A DNA stretch of 63,702 nt, the filler included, from Octopus bimaculoides (taxonomy: Eukaryota): assembly GCF_001194135.2 (NCBI RefSeq). It is 9 parts of 8 records of this genome, joined end to end, with 100 filler letters (N's around TTAATTAATTAA, not from the genome) between each part and the next. Parts side by side here need not be neighbours in the genome. Positions count along the whole stretch, not along the records: positions 1 to 21,508 come from NC_069010.1; 8 more parts are not named here. One strand, 5' to 3'. Each line of letters opens with the position of its first letter. The first letter of the stretch is position 1. Positions 1 to 11,016 of this stretch are shown here, one piece after another. The notes under the pieces are model-generated. The model saw only the letters and a list, made by a program, of their open reading frames with translations. It ran no database searches and was not told the DNA's origin. Made by a program: the position numbers and the translations under genes.

Positions 1-409
1 CTCTCTCACTCTCTCTCTCGTTTAAATCGATCATTAGGATTTCTGCCTGCTGCTGATGTATATTACAACTTTTAATACTTAATTCAACGTTTTTAATCGT
101 AAATTTAATATGATTTTTTTAATCGATATATCACCATTTATATATTTAACGTTTCCACGTATATTTTTACCTCATGTAATTCTTATTTTTATTCTAAATA
201 ATATATTGATATGTTCCTTGTGTTGCTGTAATTATTGAGTTATATGTATTTATGTCGGTGCAAATCCTAACTATAGAATGATTATCTAAATTTTGTCCCT
301 TCTTAAACCATGCTATATAATGTCTAACCTCTCGGGTTCGACCTGAACAAACACTTACAAGCAATTGTGTAATAAACACTTTTCGAAAGACAAAACAATA
401 TTATACATA

Positions 410-1560
410 TAGAGGGGTTGAAGAAAATCATGGTAACACCTAGCATCATAGCATCATAATTTTGAAATATCTATAAAACAGTCAAAAGCTTGTTTACTTT
501 TATGCTTCTTGGTTTATTATTAATGTTGCTTAATATGTTTTGCTAAAATTGCTGCTTCTTTTCAGACATCAGACAAAGCTAATTAAAATTCATTAAAATG
601 ACAGATCTATCGGACTTTCAAAGAGGTAAAAATTGTTGGTGCTCGTATGGCAGGCGCTAGCGTACGAAAACAGCCGAAATGTTTGGTGTATCAAGAAGTA
701 CTACCAGTAATTGCAGTCTTTGAAAAAGAGGGAAAAACTTCCTCATCGAAACAAAACTCCGGAAGAAAACCAAAATTTTCAGAGAGAGACCGTTGGACTC
801 TTATGGGAATCATTAGAAAAGATCGCAAAATTACAGCTCCTAAAATTACAGGAGAGCTTAATGACCACCTCGAGAACCCAGTTTCCATAAAACTGTTCAC
901 CGGGAGCTACACAAAGCCGGATTTCACAGGAGGGCTACAATCAGAAAACCATTACTTTCAAAAAGAAACGTTGCAAAGCGTTTAGAGAGAAGTAAAAACC
1001 TTCATAATTGGTCGCAGTGGAAGTATGTTATTTTCTCGGACGAGTCATCCTTTACCTTATTTCTTACCACCGGCCGAGTATACACGTGGAGACAGCCAAA
1101 AGAAGCATTTGACCCAGACTGCCTTCTTGTAACTATTAATCATGGAGGAGGATATGTGATTATCTGCGTCGGGGCTACCATATCTTGGAAATCCGCCGGC
1201 CAATGGTTTCCCTTGATGGTGGAATTAATAATCAAGATTATTTAAGCATCCTATGGTTGCAGAACTGTTTCTAGAGCGAAACGCAATCTTTCAGTACGAT
1301 AATGCACCAATTGACACAGCTAAAGTTGTTACTGAATGGCACGAGGAACATTCTAGTGTAGTTGAACATCTTATCTGGCCACCACAGTCCCCAGATCTTA
1401 ATATTATTGAACATTTATGGTACATTTTAGAAAAACAAGTAAGGAGTTGATATCCTCCACCATTATCACTATAAGAACTTGAGACTGTTTTAGCTGAAGA
1501 ATGGACAAAAATTCCTCTGGAAACAATTCAAACTTTGTATGAGTCCATACCTCGTAGAAT
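410..1560 (+). mobile_element. Tc1-family DNA transposon remnant (frameshifted DD34E transposase, 3' end truncated)
   Basis: ATG at 598 (MTDLSDFQRG.., frameshift, IVGARMAGAS..KQNSGRKPKFSERDR). FSDES motif near 1032-1046, then QYDNAP and WPPQSPDLNIIEHLW in ORF 1253-1450, continuing to LYESIPRR near 1560. TA-TAGAGGGGTTG at about 408-420 is the likely left TIR; no right TIR seen. Confidence 0.9.
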
Positions 1561-1960
1561 TATTTGTATCTATAATATATATAGGGAAATCAAAATAAAA
1601 ATATGGGAAACAACTAAAAGAGAAATGACATACACAGTGAATGTGCTAGTCTGATGTTCATATTAAGGTGAGTAACATTTCGAGTGTGGGTCTTTGTCAG
1701 GAAAAGGATAGAGTAGAGATCCAGAGATAAGGGAAAGAATAGTCTGAGAAATGCCAGTATGTAGTGACATGGCTGAAGAGACTTAATGTTGAGATAGATA
1801 GAGAAAGTAGGTTTTCAAGGCAAGATAGTGAGAAAATGACCAGTGTCTGTATATTCGTTTTTCTGTCAATGATGAACGCGTGACGGACTGGTGCTGCAAG
1901 GTTAATAGCAGTAGTGAGATTTGGTGCTGAGTTGAGCTAGGGTGTGTGTGTGTGAGTGAG
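1561..1960 (-). mobile_element. Possible PLE-type 3' region carrying a decayed hammerhead-like motif
   Basis: Minus strand reads pyrimidine-rich tract, then CTGACAAAGACCCACACTCGAAATGTT (about 1710-1674), ending TTTCCCTATATATAT, similar in style to the element end at 63565-63702. It interrupts the Tc1 remnant. Confidence 0.3.
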
Positions 1961-2526
1961 TGTTGCTGTATGTGTACGTCATTGTTTGTGTGTACGAGCT
2001 GTGGATATGTATGTATGTATGTTTATGTGAGCTTGTGTGTATGTTGGTTTGTGTATATGTGTGTGCATGCATTCCTGCGTATGTATGTGTTGTGTGCGTA
2101 TACTGCTGTGTGTGTGTGTGTGTGAAGGATTTTAGCGCATGCCAGGATATGGAAACGAATATTTGTTTAGTTGGTACGAATATAAAATGTGGGTGTAGAA
2201 GCTACGTATATATATGCGTGGAAGTGTGAGAAAGATGACGTAGAATAAAATAATTTGAATTCCTTCAAAAACTTAAAATTAAATTTAATGATAATTAAAA
2301 AATATAAAATTAAAATACAGTAATAAAATGATAATATTAGAAGATCTTAATATTTCTTCAATTAAAATAAATTTCAACAATTTTAATCTATTCAAACAGT
2401 ATGTAGAAGATGTTACTGGGAGAAGATTTGCTTTCCAAACGTTGTATGGGTTTGAAGAGAGGTGTTGACCAGTTCAAATAGAAGTTTATTTGTTGTGGAT
2501 CCCTTGAGCGAGGCACATACATATGT

Positions 2527-2691
2527 ACGACGGGCTTCTTTCAGTATTCTTCACCGAAATCCACTTACAAGGTTTTGCTCGATCCGAGATTTTAATAGGA
2601 GAGTCTAATCAAATGTGTCAAGCAGCTGAACGGAACCTAGAGCCATGTAGTTCGGAAGAAAACTTCGTATCATACAACCAAGCCTGACGCC
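2527..2691 (-). mobile_element. SINE family 1, diverged 5' half
   Basis: CGACGGGCTTCTTTCAGT..CCACTTACAAGG matches the reverse complement of the copies at 21688-21903 and 44998-45428. Confidence 0.6.
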
Positions 2692-3192
2692 TACCAATAG
2701 TTTTATAACATCTAATGGCTATTCGGCTTCACCAGAATTTTAATTGTAATTATAGGGACCAATAGGTGAAAAATGGGTGAGCATCTCTGCCCTTATCGTT
2801 TGACAAATCGCAATATACTAGACACTTTTTAACAAATAGCGACAAAAGTGTTTGCTGGATCAATTTGCCTAAAAGAGGGCCATAACTCGGTGTTTTACAA
2901 CAGATGTTGCTTTTGTTGTATTAGTAACTGATAACGGTTCACTGCGGGTTGGTATTTCGCAAACACACACACACACACTTCAACACAGATATAGAATCAC
3001 ACACACATGCGTGTATCTGTCATAGGGAGGGTTCTTCCCCTGTTAGCATATGTGTATACATTAGCGTTCTTCCTAGAGCACATGGAATATTTAACTCCTA
3101 TTTTTTTCTAAGATTTTCGTCACACTAGCTGACATTTACTGGCGATTGAGTTAACATCTCTGATTTCATATTGCGGCCAGGTGTCTTTATTC

Positions 3193-3194
<2 letters not shown>

Positions 3195-3258
<64 letters not shown>
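3195..3258. repeat. (TA)n(GA)n microsatellite
   Basis: Read directly. Confidence 0.95.
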
Positions 3259-3262
<4 letters not shown>

Positions 3263-3399
3263 TTAAAGGTCACAATACTTCTATTAAAGCGCTACAATTA
3301 TTTCATATGTTGAGAACTCAAACTTATTCTCCACGTGTAAACCACATATCATAACGAACAGTAATCAACGGAAAACGAAAACCGGAAAACGAAAATTAA

Positions 3400-3774
3400 T
3401 GTGTCAAAAGGTACAAAAGCTCTCCTCCTTAGGACACGATTTCGACGAAGATATACGTGGGCCTTACAGAGGGTAATTTCAAGGCCAGGTTCAATAATCA
3501 CACCCTGAGCTTCAGGCACTGAGATAAAAGGTAAACGACCAAATTATCCAGTCATATATGGTCCTTAAAAGATAAAAGTGTCAGTTACAACATTCATTGG
3601 AAGTCCTTAGCCAAGTGTAAGCCCTACACCAGCAGCAGTGAAAGGTGCGGTCTTTGTAATAGGGGAAGATGGCTAATCTGGAAAAGCAGCTTAGACGCAG
3701 CTATATGTCTAAATTCAAGAACTGAACTTTTCGGATCATGTCCTCATGTGGCTAAATATTTGTTACGTTTTTGA
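3400..3774 (+). pseudogene. Penelope-like element GIY-YIG endonuclease remnant
   Basis: One frame with internal stops: RYKSSPP*DTISTKIYVGLTEGNFKARFNNHTLSFRH*DKR*TTKLSSHIWSLKDK..CKPYTSSSERCGLC..LNSRTELFGSCPHVAKYLLRF* (YVG codon starts at 3454; terminal TGA 3772-3774). Matches the PLE GIY-YIG C-terminal pattern. Confidence 0.8.
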
Positions 3775-3979
3775 TTCCCCCGAGATTACAGATAGAACTT
3801 GCTTTTTATATTGTGTCCACGTACAAGCTTTCTATCTCTCTATACTTTTTACTCGTATTTCTTATATATCTTTTACATATATTTTTACATATTTATAGAG
3901 ATATTGTTTTATAGTTTTATTGCTCATATATTTTTTATACATTTTTCTGTATTTTACCTTCCACCCTGCATTTTCCTAT

Positions 3980-4575
3980 GCGCATATAGACGTGTATATG
4001 AAAATTTTCTGTGCGCACGTGTGTGCGGGTATGTGCGTATACAGACGTGTATTAGACGTGTATAGGAAATTTTTTTTGTGCGCGCGTGTGTGTGCGTGCA
4101 TGCGGATATGTGCGTATATAGACATGTATATGAACCCTTTTTGTGCGTGTATGTGTGTGAACGTGTGTGCGTGTATGAAAAATTATTTTTGGCGAATGTG
4201 TGGGTGCGCATGTGTGTGTTTCAAGCCAGTGTGGACGAGTATATGCACATAGGCACATGTATGTGGATGTTCGTGCGTGCATGTTTATGTATGGACATGC
4301 GTGCTTACGCGTTCGCTATGAGCATTTTTACTCCTTTACTTTTTATATTCTGATTGCTTTATTTTTTACACTTTTTTCTATATATTACCTCTAACCCTGT
4401 TTTTTTTTTTCTTGTGCATGTGCATATATAGACGTGTATATGAATATTTAATGTGCGAGTGTGCGTGTGTGCGAGCGTATATGCGGGTATGTATATATTT
4501 TTGGGCAAATGTGTGGGTGACCATGTATATGCTTCAAGTGAGGGTGGATGAGTATATACATATAGGCACATGTAC
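3980..4575 (+). repeat. Degenerate GT-rich tandem duplication in PLE 3' region
   Basis: ATAGACGTGTATATGAA and TTTTTGGSSAATGTGTGGGTG..TTCAAG..GTGGAYGAGTATAT..ATAGGCACATGTA blocks recur at about 3987-4262 and 4428-4575. Confidence 0.6.
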
Positions 4576-4606
4576 GGTTATTTTCATAGCATCTTTTTGA
4601 TGGCCC

Positions 4607-4667
4607 GATAATTAAAGAGATGCCGGCGTGGGTTTTCGCCCCGACATCCGAAACTCGGAGTTTTATC
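4607..4667 (+). ncRNA. Degenerate type I hammerhead ribozyme
   Basis: Stem I GATAA/TTATC; core TTAAAGA (two substitutions from CTGAAGA); stem II GATGCCGGCGTG/CGCCCCGACATC; CGAAA; near-palindromic stem III AAACTC-G-GAGTT. Confidence 0.5.
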
Positions 4668-4702
4668 ATGGTTACCGAATAATTGTCACATATTATATTT
4701 GC

Positions 4703-4835
<133 letters not shown>

Positions 4836-6149
4836 AGTCGCAATTTATGGATCATACATACATACATACATACATACGCATCACCAGATTTCGATTTATC
4901 AGTTTTCCGATTCAGTATTTTGTCTGACATTTTAAATGAGGATAAAAATTCATGAAATATTTGAAACGAACACAAAATAAAGAAACAGGTTCGAAATTGA
5001 TTGTTGCATAACAAAATATGATAGCAGAATGTAAAGCGATATTATATTGAATGAAATCACAGTGACAACGTGACTGACATCTCAGGTGTGGCAGTATTAG
5101 ATGACGATATGAATTTACCCCAGGTCTGTCCATTATTCACTTCTCACTCCTTTAAGAAAAATGATCCTGTCTAAAATTAACGATGGTTATCTTGATGGTG
5201 GTGGTGGTGGTGGTGTTTTGTGTGTGTGATATTGTTGGCGTTGTCATTGTTGCTGTCATATCCTCCCAGTTAGCTGATCAAATGACAGTATTGCAGCCAC
5301 AGATATATTGTCCCGGATATATTACGACTGCATCAAGCTGCAACCATACTGCTCTGGTTCGATGGTTGGTGGGTGAAATGAGGCCACGTCTACCTGTTGC
5401 GCTATTTCTAGTTGGTGTTTAGCTCTCACATGATTTCCAGTTAAGTAAACATTCTAGCCATGACCATCCTGTCTTTTGGGTAAGGGTAATGTCCCAATTA
5501 CATAATTTACAATATCCTTTCTTTCGTATGATAGTAAGGTGTGAGTTGAGGGAGGTTTAGCTGCTTTTTCTCCCGGGTCATGACAGCAGCCAATTGATAT
5601 GTTTGCAATAATTGTTCTGGCCCTCTCTGTTCTGAGATCAAATCCGGCTGAAGTTAAATTCTTTGAGGGTCAATAAATAAACTACCAGATAAACCTCCCC
5701 CACTGATTCCATTAAGGGCCCAAGGCAAGGCATTTGAATAAATCGTGGAGTTGGACTGAGCAGAATTATGTAGGGTGGTGGTAGTTGTGGTTGTGGTAGT
5801 GTTGATGATGGAGTTGTTGTTGGTGATGGTGGCATAGATACTAGTGGTGGTGTTCGTGGTGTATGTTGTGGAGGTGAAGGTGGTTGGGGTCATTGTGATA
5901 GTGGTGATGCCTTTTGCAGACGAAGGGTAGTATTGGTGTAGTTGTAGCTATTTAACCCCAGTTCAACCCTGAACATAGAATCTGAGACACTCCAACCATG
6001 ACATATTGTCTGGATTACCTTTACACACCATCCCACCACTGGTTGAAAAGGATTTAGTACCAGTAATATACTGTTCCTCTTCTCATCTAAATCCCTTTCC
6101 TAGGTTTTGAGGCTATGGCCTCTGCCTTGCTTCCACTGCCTAATTAATT

Positions 6150-6484
6150 AGCATACATCCAGAGGAACACTCCGTCGGTTACGACGACGAGGGTCCCAGC
6201 CGATACGATCATGAGGACACCTTGCTCGTGAGATTAATGTGCAAGTGGCTGAGCACTCCATAGACACGCATACCCCTTCAAATATTTCGTACGGAGATTC
6301 AACATGACACAGAGTGTGACAAGACTGGTCCCTTGAAGTAAATGTGAAACTCATTTTTGCTGAGTGGACTGGAGCACCTGAAATAAAGTGTGTTGCTTAA
6401 GAACACAACGCTTCGCCTGGAGTCGAACTCGCGACTCTACGATCGCGAGCCGAATACCCTAGCCATTTAGCCAACCGCCTTCAC
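6150..6484 (-). mobile_element. tRNA-derived SINE family 2
   Basis: Minus strand starts GTGAAGGCGGTTGGCTAAATGGCTAGGGTATTCGGCTCGCGATCGTAGAGTCGCGAGTTCGACTCC with A-box-like (TGGCTAAATGG) and B-box-like (GAGTTCGACTCC) motifs. The body is shared with 43750-44050. Confidence 0.75.
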
Positions 6485-6640
6485 GCATGCGTACATACAA
6501 CACATATATACCTACATACATAAAATAGATACAGTAAAGTGTCACTAGGGGATTTGGCTGTTATTTCACTTAAGACTAGAGACTATGAACAGGCCTTCCT
6601 CATTAGCTCAGTCTTATATAAATGCATACATACACAAACA

Positions 6641-6693
<53 letters not shown>

Positions 6694-6720
6694 GTCTGTC
6701 TGTCTGTCTATGTATCTGTC
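6641..6720. repeat. (ATCT)n(GTCT)n microsatellite at gap edge
   Basis: Read directly. Confidence 0.9.
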
Positions 6721-7262
6721 TACCTATCTACTTCACCTTCTCTCTGTATNNNNNNNNNNNNNNNNNNNNNNNNNNNNNNNNNNNNNNNNNNNNNNNNNNN
6801 NNNNNNNNNNNNNNNNNNNNNNNNNNNNNNNNNNNNNNNNNNNNNNNNNNNNNNNNNNNNNNNNNNNNNNNNNNNNNNNNNNNNNNNNNNNNNNNNNNNN
6901 NNNNNNNNNNNNNNNNNNNNNNNNNNNNNNNNNNNNNNNNNNNNNNNNNNNNNNNNNNNNNNNNNNNNNNNNNNNNNNNNNNNNNNNNNNNNNNNNNNNN
7001 NNNNNNNNNNNNNNNNNNNNNNNNNNNNNNNNNNNNNNGTAAAAAGGAGGGTTATTTTACCCTACATTTATATAGCAATTAGAAAATGGAGGAGAATATG
7101 CGGTACTCAACGACTTGCAGACAGTGTATTCCGTTAAATTAATTAACTTATTTTGTAACTAAAATGACAAAAACCACAAAATACAAATGCTTATGACATA
7201 CCATGTTATATTAACAATCGAGGTTACAAATATAAAGTACATTAGGAATTTGAGAATAAACA

Positions 7263-7393
7263 GAAACTTACAGCTGTTTCGGCCTAGCGTTGACATGCCC
7301 CATTCTATCCGAATAGCTCCTGCCGGAGTAATTAGCAGATGAAATGCTGAAATGGGGGTATATGCATGATTCGCTAGGCCTCTTCAGAGATTC
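7263..7393 (-). ncRNA. Type I hammerhead ribozyme with intact catalytic core
   Basis: Minus strand: GAATCT-CTGAAGA-GGCCTAGCG-[82 nt]-CGCTAGGCC-GAAAC-AGCT-GTA-AGTTTC. Perfect CUGANGA and GAAA boxes, 9-bp stem II base, palindromic stem III (ACAGCTGT), GUA cleavage triplet, stem I 5/6 paired. Confidence 0.85.
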
Positions 7394-7869
7394 ACAAAAA
7401 TTTAACAGAAATATAAAGTAAAAAATAAAAATAAAAATAAAATAGTAATAAAAATAAGAATACAGTAAAGATAAAATAAATAAATAAATGAAAAATGAAA
7501 ATATAAAAATATAAGGCACATAAAAAGCCTACAAACAGTATATAAGGTCATACAAATAGTTATAGACACTCCAATATACATGTCTGCGTCTGTGTGCATA
7601 ATCATACTTGGATATCAAAGGATTCAAAAGCATATATATATGCGAGTACATATGTGTGTATATATCTATCTATCCCCTCACACATACGTACACACATACA
7701 TATATGTATACACAGACATTCCCATACGTACATGGTCCCTGGCACCAACGTTATTCGTTGTGTTTGAAGGCTGTTTATGTTTTTAAAAAAATTGCTGAGT
7801 GCGTGCGTGTCAGTTCTGTAGGTGTTCGATGGGTCTATGTGGAAGTCCTTTCCAGAGGAGTTATTAATA

Positions 7870-7975
7870 CTTTAATAGCAATAATAATAGTGATAATGAT
7901 GATGACGATGATAATAACAAAAACAGCAACAACAGCAACAACAACAACAACAACATCAACAATAATAATAATATA
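7870..7975. repeat. Compound trinucleotide repeat (AAT/GAT/AAC)n
   Basis: Read directly. Confidence 0.85.
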
Positions 7976-8087
7976 CCAAATTTCGAACTTTGCGGTGTGG
8001 TGCCCCTTTATTTTTCTGCGTAGAAGATCATGTTCTTCCTTTCAATGGGTATGAGAGATTCTGCTGCTATTTGGGGAGGATTATTTT

Positions 8088-9186
8088 CTACAGTTAAGGA
8101 TATTGTAGCTGTAACTTATAACTGGGACGGCTAAAGTGTTAATACCTATTATCTTGTTTTTAGCATTGAGCTCTGTTTTTAGTATTGATCTAACTCGTCT
8201 ATAGTATTCTGTCTTTATTTTCTCTTTCATTTGTGTGTGTTATATCCTATCTAGTTCATTGATTCCTAAATATTTGTATGTCTGGCTTTGGTCTAATACT
8301 CTTATTTCATTGGCTTTATCTAGTGTGATGCTGCTACTCTTAACTAATTTTCCTCTTGTCAGGGTTGCTTTGGCACATTTTTCTNNNNNNNNNNNNNNNN
8401 NNNNNNNNNNNNNNNNNNNNNNNNNNNNNNNNNNNNNNNNNNNNNNNNNNNNNNNNNNNNNNNNNNNNNNNNNNNNNNNNNNNNNNNNNNNNNNNNNNNN
8501 NNNNNNNNNNNNNNNNNNNNNNNNNNNNNNNNNNNNNNNNNNNNNNNNNNNNNNNNNNNNNNNNNNNNNNNNNNNNNNNNNNNNNNNNNNNNNNNNNNNN
8601 NNNNNNNNNNNNNNNNNNNNNNNNNNNNNNNNNNNNNNNNNNNNNNNNNNNNNNNNNNNNNNNNNNNNNNNNNNNNNNNNNNNNNNNNNNNNNNNNNNNN
8701 NNNNNNNNNNNNNNNNNNNNNNNNNNNNNNNNNNNNNNNNNNNNNNNNNNNNNNNNNNNNNNNNNNNNNNNNNNNNNNNNNNNNNNNNNNNNNNNNNNNN
8801 NNNNNNNNNNNNNNNNNNNNNNNNNNNCTGTCTTCAGTTATGGCTTTATTGATCATTAATTTATCTTTACAGCCGTATGAGCCCTTGCAGCATCCCTTCT
8901 GCTCTTCTGGAAACAGGTTGTTATTTTCCAGGTGCTTACTTAATCTCTGCGATATTATTGCAGTAAAGGCTTTGTAGATCGTAGGGAGACAGGTTATAGG
9001 TCTATAGTTTTGTTGTTTTTCCATTACCGTGGATTTGGGAATTAAGATGTTTTTCCGTTTCGTGAGCCATTCAGGCATTGTCTCTGGCTCTGCTAGTATG
9101 TCGTTAAAGTTTTCAGCCAGCTTTTGTGCATTCCTGTCAGGTATTTTAACCAGAAGTTGGGGATCTTTTCGTGCCCAGGTGCCTTC

Positions 9187-9187
<1 letters not shown>
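8088..9187 (-). mobile_element. R4/Dong-like (RLE-type) LINE, copy A, RT fragment spanning a gap
   Basis: ORF 8359-9189 has PEWLT..LIPK..NYRPITCLPTIYK..EEQKGC..GCKD.LMINKAI. Left of the gap: KCAKATL.RGKLV..YKYLGINE..EYYRRVRSILKTELNAKNKIIGINTLAVPV. Confidence 0.9.

Positions 9188-9253
<66 letters not shown>
9188..9253. repeat. (ATT)n tract, the 3' tail of LINE copy B
   Basis: Perfect trinucleotide run directly abutting the 3' UTR of copy B and the 5' truncation of copy A. Confidence 0.95.
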
Positions 9254-11010
9254 TAGCAGTTTTATTTTTATAGCGTGCTTTCGCTTCACTACCGAGTGCA
9301 GCTCTGTGTGCCTTGGCCATGTGCTGTGGTTTGCTCTGATGCTCTTATGGTTAATGCATTGAAAGTGTTTTACGTAGGATGTGTGCAGTGCCTATGCTGT
9401 TATCTGTATTTTATATATATTTGTTTGTCTTGGTGTTTTTGTTAACTATCTGTCTGAATATTTTTTATCATACCTAATGACCCCTGTTTTTAGACTCCAC
9501 ATTCGAGTTACCTCTATTTCCAGGTCTTTGTATTTTCTCTATTTCTTTGAGAGAAACGTTGTCATCTGCTGGTATTGATACACCAATTAGAAAACATTTG
9601 TTTCTTCATGATTTCCGACAACTATATCTGGCCTATTGACCTTAATTTCTCTGTGTGAATTGGCATATCCCATAGTATGGTTGCTTTCTCGTTTTCTGTG
9701 ACCTTTTCTGGCGTGTGTTTATACCATCATTTTTTGTTGTTATTCCATAGTGTTGGCATAGCTTCCAGTGTATATAGGTCCCAAATCTGTCGTATCTGTG
9801 AATATATTCCTTCTTATCCGGGACTGGGCAACCAGAGATAATATGATTTATTGTTTCTTGTCCATCTCCACATATTCTACAGTTACTTGTTATGTTTCTT
9901 TTCATTATATGTTTTTGGTAATTTCTGGTGGGTCTTGTGCAGCAATTAAAAATCCTTCAGTCTCTGCTTTGAGTCCTGAGCTTCTCAACCATTGCTGGGA
10001 TTTTTCTCTGTCTATTTCTTTTGCATTTAGTTTAGCCCAGTATTTACCATGTAGGGGCTTTTCTTGCCATCGTTTTATCATGGCCCGTTGCTGTTCTAGT
10101 TTTAGTTTGGATTTCATTTGTTTTATAGCTTTTGTTGTTTCTTCTTTTTCTTCAGAGTTGTTAGGTAGTATGACTTCTTGTTTGTATTTGTCAGCTTACT
10201 TAAAAACTGAAAACGGTTTTGTTTTTGTTTTGTTCGTGTTTTGTGGCTATTTATATTAGTTTTCCTTGCTTTTGAAGTAGGTATTTTTGCAGTTCTATGG
10301 TGGTTATTTTATAATAGTTTTCCAGCTGTATAAGACCCCTATTGCCTTCTGTACGTTTCTATGTCAGATTTTGGGTTATGCATCCTAAATTCTCTCATTA
10401 TTTTTCTTGTTTTCTTGTCTATTTTGATTAGTTCATTTAGTATCCAGTCAAGAATTATGGAGCTGTAACTCATAACTGGGACGGTTAAAGTGTTAATACC
10501 TATTATCTTGTTTATCGCATTAGGCTCTGTTTTCAGTATTAATCAAACTCGTCTATAGTATTCTTTTTCCATATTTTCTCTTTCATTTGTGTGTGTTGTA
10601 TCGTATTTAGTTCATTGATTCCCAAATATTTGTATGTCTGGCTTTGGTCTAATTCACTTATTTCATTTGCTTATCTGGTGTAATCTTGCTACTCTTAAAT
10701 AGTTTTTCTCTTTTCAAGGTTGCTTTGGAACATTTTTCTTAGCCAGATTTCATATTTATTTCTTTTATAAATCCATGTACTGTCTGTAGTAATGTTTCCA
10801 GCTATTTATCATTAGTAGCTTACAATTTTTAGGTCTTCTATATATAAGAGGTGGCTGATTGTTTTGCCATAACAGTTGTATCTGCTTCCAGTTTGGTTTA
10901 GCATGTCAGATAATGGTGTCAGTTCCAAGCAGAAAAGGAATGGAGAGAGCGTGTCTCCCTAGAATATTCCTCTTCTAATGGGAATGGCTTTGGTTTATTC
11001 ATGGATTATC
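9254..11010 (-). mobile_element. R4/Dong-like LINE, copy B (5'-truncated: RT C-terminus, CCHC, RLE)
   Basis: GIF*GDTLSPFLFCL..HLLYIEDLK near 10850-10980; KPLHGKYW..LKAETEGFLIAAQD; CRICGDGQETINHIISGC; NRPDIVV RLE motif near 9620; multiple frameshifts. Confidence 0.9.
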
Positions 11011-11016
11011 AATATT

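Noticed and set aside
7745-8060. Possible PLE endonuclease C-terminus upstream of the 7263-7393 hammerhead (minus frame ..GKDFHIDP..TLVPG)
   Set aside because: Similarity is too weak to call without a profile search.
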